Part shown: one piece after another, positions 60,306 through 64,000 of the stretch
How positions within the stretch are numbered: the stretch's first letter is position 1
Layout of the letters: every line of letters begins with the position of its first letter
Notes under the pieces: generated by a model
What the model was told of the DNA's origin: nothing
Databases searched by the model: none
What the model saw: the letters and a program-made list of their open reading frames with translations, nothing else
Program-made: the position numbers and the translations under genes
Assembly (NCBI RefSeq): GCF_006345805.1
Contig: NC_043014.1
Location: 43,338,001 to 43,402,000 of the forward strand
DNA from: Octopus sinensis
Lineage: Eukaryota
DNA: 64,000 bases
Direction of reading: 5' to 3'

Positions 60306-61779
60306 TTGGTCTGTTTATGTTTGCATAACTTAGCAATTCAAGAAAAGAGACCAATAGTTTAAGTACCACACTTAAAAATAAAAACAAAACATAAGTACTC
60401 AGGTTGATTCATTCGACTAAAATTTCATCAAGGCAGTGCTCCAGCATGGCCATAGTCTAATGACTAAAACGAATGAAAGATTAAAGATATTCTATTGTTT
60501 ACACACACACACACGCATAATTATGAATACATATATTTTAATTTTTATGTAAACATATATACACACAGACATTATAATTACGTATGTATGTATATAGGAA
60601 AATTCTGATAAGCTATTGTTATAAAAATTAACAATTCTGATACCTAATTGACTCCTCAGTTAGTTGCAATTAAAAATTCTGAATTAGCAATTCTGATTAA
60701 GAAGGAGGAATTTGAATGATTGCAAAGCATTTGGAAATTAGAATATACGGAACGGAGCTGTGAGATGCAAATTCTGTGGATTCTGCAAAAATAGGTTATG
60801 TTCTATCTCGTAATCTCTTATTAAATTATTGTAATGTCTTTGTGTGTGTGTGTGTGTGTGTGTGTTGTGTGTGTGTGTGTGTGCATGCTAGAATATCTTC
60901 GAGTATCTGAATCTGTCTTCGCTACTGTGAATATCTTTATCTGGTGTTATTGAAATGTCATGTAGATTAAATCAAAAAACACTCATCTTCTCCTATATGT
61001 GGATGTGTGTATGTATATGTATATATTTGTATGCATGAAAATGTATATGTATGTGTGTATATGTGTGTATGTGTGTGTGTGTATTGCTCCTTGTGTATTT
61101 TGTGGGACCTATTTTATCAATCGACCTTGGAAGCGTAAAATGACAAAGTTGAGTATTATGAGATTTGAACTCAATATAAAAAAGATGTAACCATATGCTG
61201 CTAAAATATTTTATCTTGTGCTCTATCGATGCTGCCATTCTTATATCTTTCTTCCCTACCCACCTCTAATCTTTAAACAAATGTTGAAGTGAAAAGAAGA
61301 CAATATAACTGCATGCATAAATGGATCCTGCGCTCTATGTACCACTGAAAAATACCACATAACCACACATAGCGAAAGTGTACTGAACAAGAGAAACAAA
61401 GTCATAATGCTACAGACGAAAACAATTTATCTTTAAAAAGTAGTTAGTCTAAACTACAAACCAAATAAGGCTGTCATCAGGTCTCTCTCTCTCTCCAATA
61501 TGTTAAAAAATTAATGATACCTACAAAAATTAAGAAACTGCCCTGTACATATAGACTAATAAAAAAAACAAACCATGGCCAAAACACATACATGCATATT
61601 GATGCATATATGTTAATGCCAGAGCCAAACGTGGACCTTGACTAAACAATTCCACTCCACCCTCAATAATGCATCTAAAAATTTCTAATTGAAGAAAACA
61701 TGTTCCCAGGTTCTTCAGTCAATGAAAAGAAGCAGAAATCTTTAATTAAACAAATTCAGTATGTATGTATGTCTGTCTG

Positions 61780-61854
<75 letters not shown>

Positions 61855-61948
61855 CTTTCCTTTCCTGAGCATCTGCTAATACATTACATGTCCCCGCGTT
61901 GTTGTTTCTTTGTGCTTGTTCTTTTTGGATTTACTATATATGTGTATG

Positions 61949-61984
<36 letters not shown>

Positions 61985-62366
61985 TGTGTGTGTGTGTATA
62001 TAATTAACTATTAATGCGAGTATGTATATATATGTAAGTTTATGTATGTGGATGTGGCTGTCTGTATATACTTGTGTATCCATGTGTATAAATGTAAAAA
62101 TTTGTGTATATATGTATGTGTGTATGTCTCTTTAAGTTTTGTCATCTTAATCTATATAATAATGTAGAATTTGAAAAATTAATTTTTTAGTAGATTAATT
62201 CAGAATATTTTGAATCTTTCTGGTGCAAATTCTTGTAGTTAGTGTAAAATACACCATTATATTAGTAATTTAATATTAATTACATATTACAAGTAAGATG
62301 TCTTCATTATACTAAATAATTATATGTAGAAATACATTCATTAAATTTATTAATTAACTGATGATG

Positions 62367-62400
<34 letters not shown>

Positions 62401-62477
62401 GGTTTTATTTGACTTACTAACTAAATTTAATAACCACAATAATAATTATTATAGTATTGTATAATTTATAACTTACT

Positions 62478-62688
62478 CTTTAGTCTTTACTCATTTACTT
62501 GTTTCAGTCATTTGACTGTTGCCATCCTGGAGCACCATCTTTAGTCGAGCAAATCGACCCCAAGACTTATCCTTTGTAAGCCTAGTACTTATTCTGTCGG
62601 TCTCTTTTGCTGAATCGCTAAGTTACGGGGACGTAAATACACCAGCATCGGTTGTCAAGCGATGTTGGGGGGACAAACACAGACACAC

Positions 62689-62736
<48 letters not shown>

Positions 62737-62893
62737 GATGGGCTTCTTTGAGTTTCCGTCTGCCAAATCCATTCACAAGGCTTTGGTCGGCCCGAGGCTA
62801 TAGAAGAAGACACTTGCCCAAGGTGCCAAGCAGTGGGACTGAACCCGAAACCATGTGGTTGGTAAGCAAGCTACTTACCACACAGCCACCCCT
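62478..62893 (-). mobile_element. SINE S1
   Basis: full copy. Confidence 0.9.
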
Positions 62894-63236
62894 CTGCCTA
62901 TTTAATCTTATTACAACAATACTATTTTGTTACTTCTGAAAGAATTAATAAAATTTGGATATATACCATTTATAGTCCTTTATTTAAAAAAAGATAATAT
63001 CAATTAAATTTATCGAGGATCGGTATTCAGTCCTTGTTTTTGTTTATCTTTATTTTATTTACTGAGTTCTCCCTTCCCTAATATACAAATATAGGGACAT
63101 TTACTTGTTAGTGTCTGTGAATAATCCTTATTTAAGTAACATCAAATCTGGTTACTTCTGAAAAACTAATAATATTTTGATATCTATTATTATTATAGCC
63201 TAACTCTATATCTATGGTGTAATATAGGTTGTAGTT

Positions 63237-63455
63237 CAGTGCTTTTCAAACTTTTTGCTGGAGCGGAACCCCAAGGAAACATTCTACTGGCTCGAGGAAC
63301 CCCTGTGCAATAATTTAATTGTCTTATGCACACATATCTGCACAGGAGAATTAAAAATTACTGCCGATTTTAGCAGTTTTGTAACTTCTTGTGGAACCCC
63401 TGGACTGTACTGGCGGAACCCTAAGGTTCCGCGGAACCCTGGTTGAAAACCACTG
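63237..63455 (-). mobile_element. hAT MITE, same family as 26151-26351
   Basis: CAGTGCTTTTCAA / TTGAAAACCACTG, 8-bp TSD TTGTAGTT. Confidence 0.92.
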
Positions 63456-64000
63456 TTGTAGTTATTATAGCTCTAAGTTCATCTTCTTATTTATTACGGA
63501 ATTCTCCCTCTGATAAATTAAGTAAATAAAGAACTTTTTCGTTAGGTTTCTCTTCATATTCATTACAAAATTTTCCCTCTGATAAGCTAAATAAATAAAG
63601 AACATTTTTCTGTTGGTTACTTTAAACAATTTTATTTTATATCAGCAACTTTAAATAAAGAGAAAAGCTGTTATATATATTACCAATTTAATAGTAAATT
63701 ATGATTTATATTTATTTACACATTTTATTACAGTCTCTAGATTAAGCAAGACTCTGATAGTTAATTTATATACCTATATATTGTTGTTACATGTTAGTAT
63801 AATAGTCAAAAATTGTTTTCTACCTAAACGAGTTTGGATTAATATAATTTGAGATATATAGAAATATATTTTGATAGTTGTAGATTCTGTACTTAATTAA
63901 TTTGTTCGTTATAATTAATTTGTTCGTTGAAAAGTTAATACTTATGCTCATAATATATTGGCATTTGAATTAATTTCTGTACAATCTAGCCATCATTTCA

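Overview
AT-rich, microsatellite-dense animal genomic DNA. The repeat families resemble cephalopod (Octopus-type) repeats; this is inferred from recalled repeat sequences, not from a database search. No intact host gene, rRNA, true tRNA or CRISPR array can be supported. Almost all ORFs in the supplied track are translations of (TA)n/(CA)n/(AAT)n microsatellites or SINE copies. The window is a nested transposon landscape. It holds three tRNA-headed SINE groups, a LINE-3'-end repeat and two 5'-truncated RTE LINE ends (one with a triple C2H2 array). It also holds decayed Penelope-like element (PLE) RT/GIY-YIG remnants, a decayed Tc1, two mariner derivatives, a hAT (Buster/Charlie) remnant, a Helitron, a Helentron-type element and many MITEs. 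The most interesting signal is a set of minimal type-I hammerhead ribozyme (HHR) motifs from at least four short PLE-like families. One is canonical (34437-34479, minus). One family has a fixed A6U core change in 3/3 copies (37941, 48597, 52288). One has a U4C core at the apex of a long hairpin (37308-37411), and a sister copy of it begins 2 nt from the predicted cleavage site (40626-40664). Other oddities: TSD-flanked SINE multimers, a 652-bp unidentified retroposon with a 14-bp TSD, a 78-bp satellite arising inside a self-nested MITE, a near-perfect 127-bp-arm palindrome, and a promoter/first-exon-like region near 22.8-22.95 kb.
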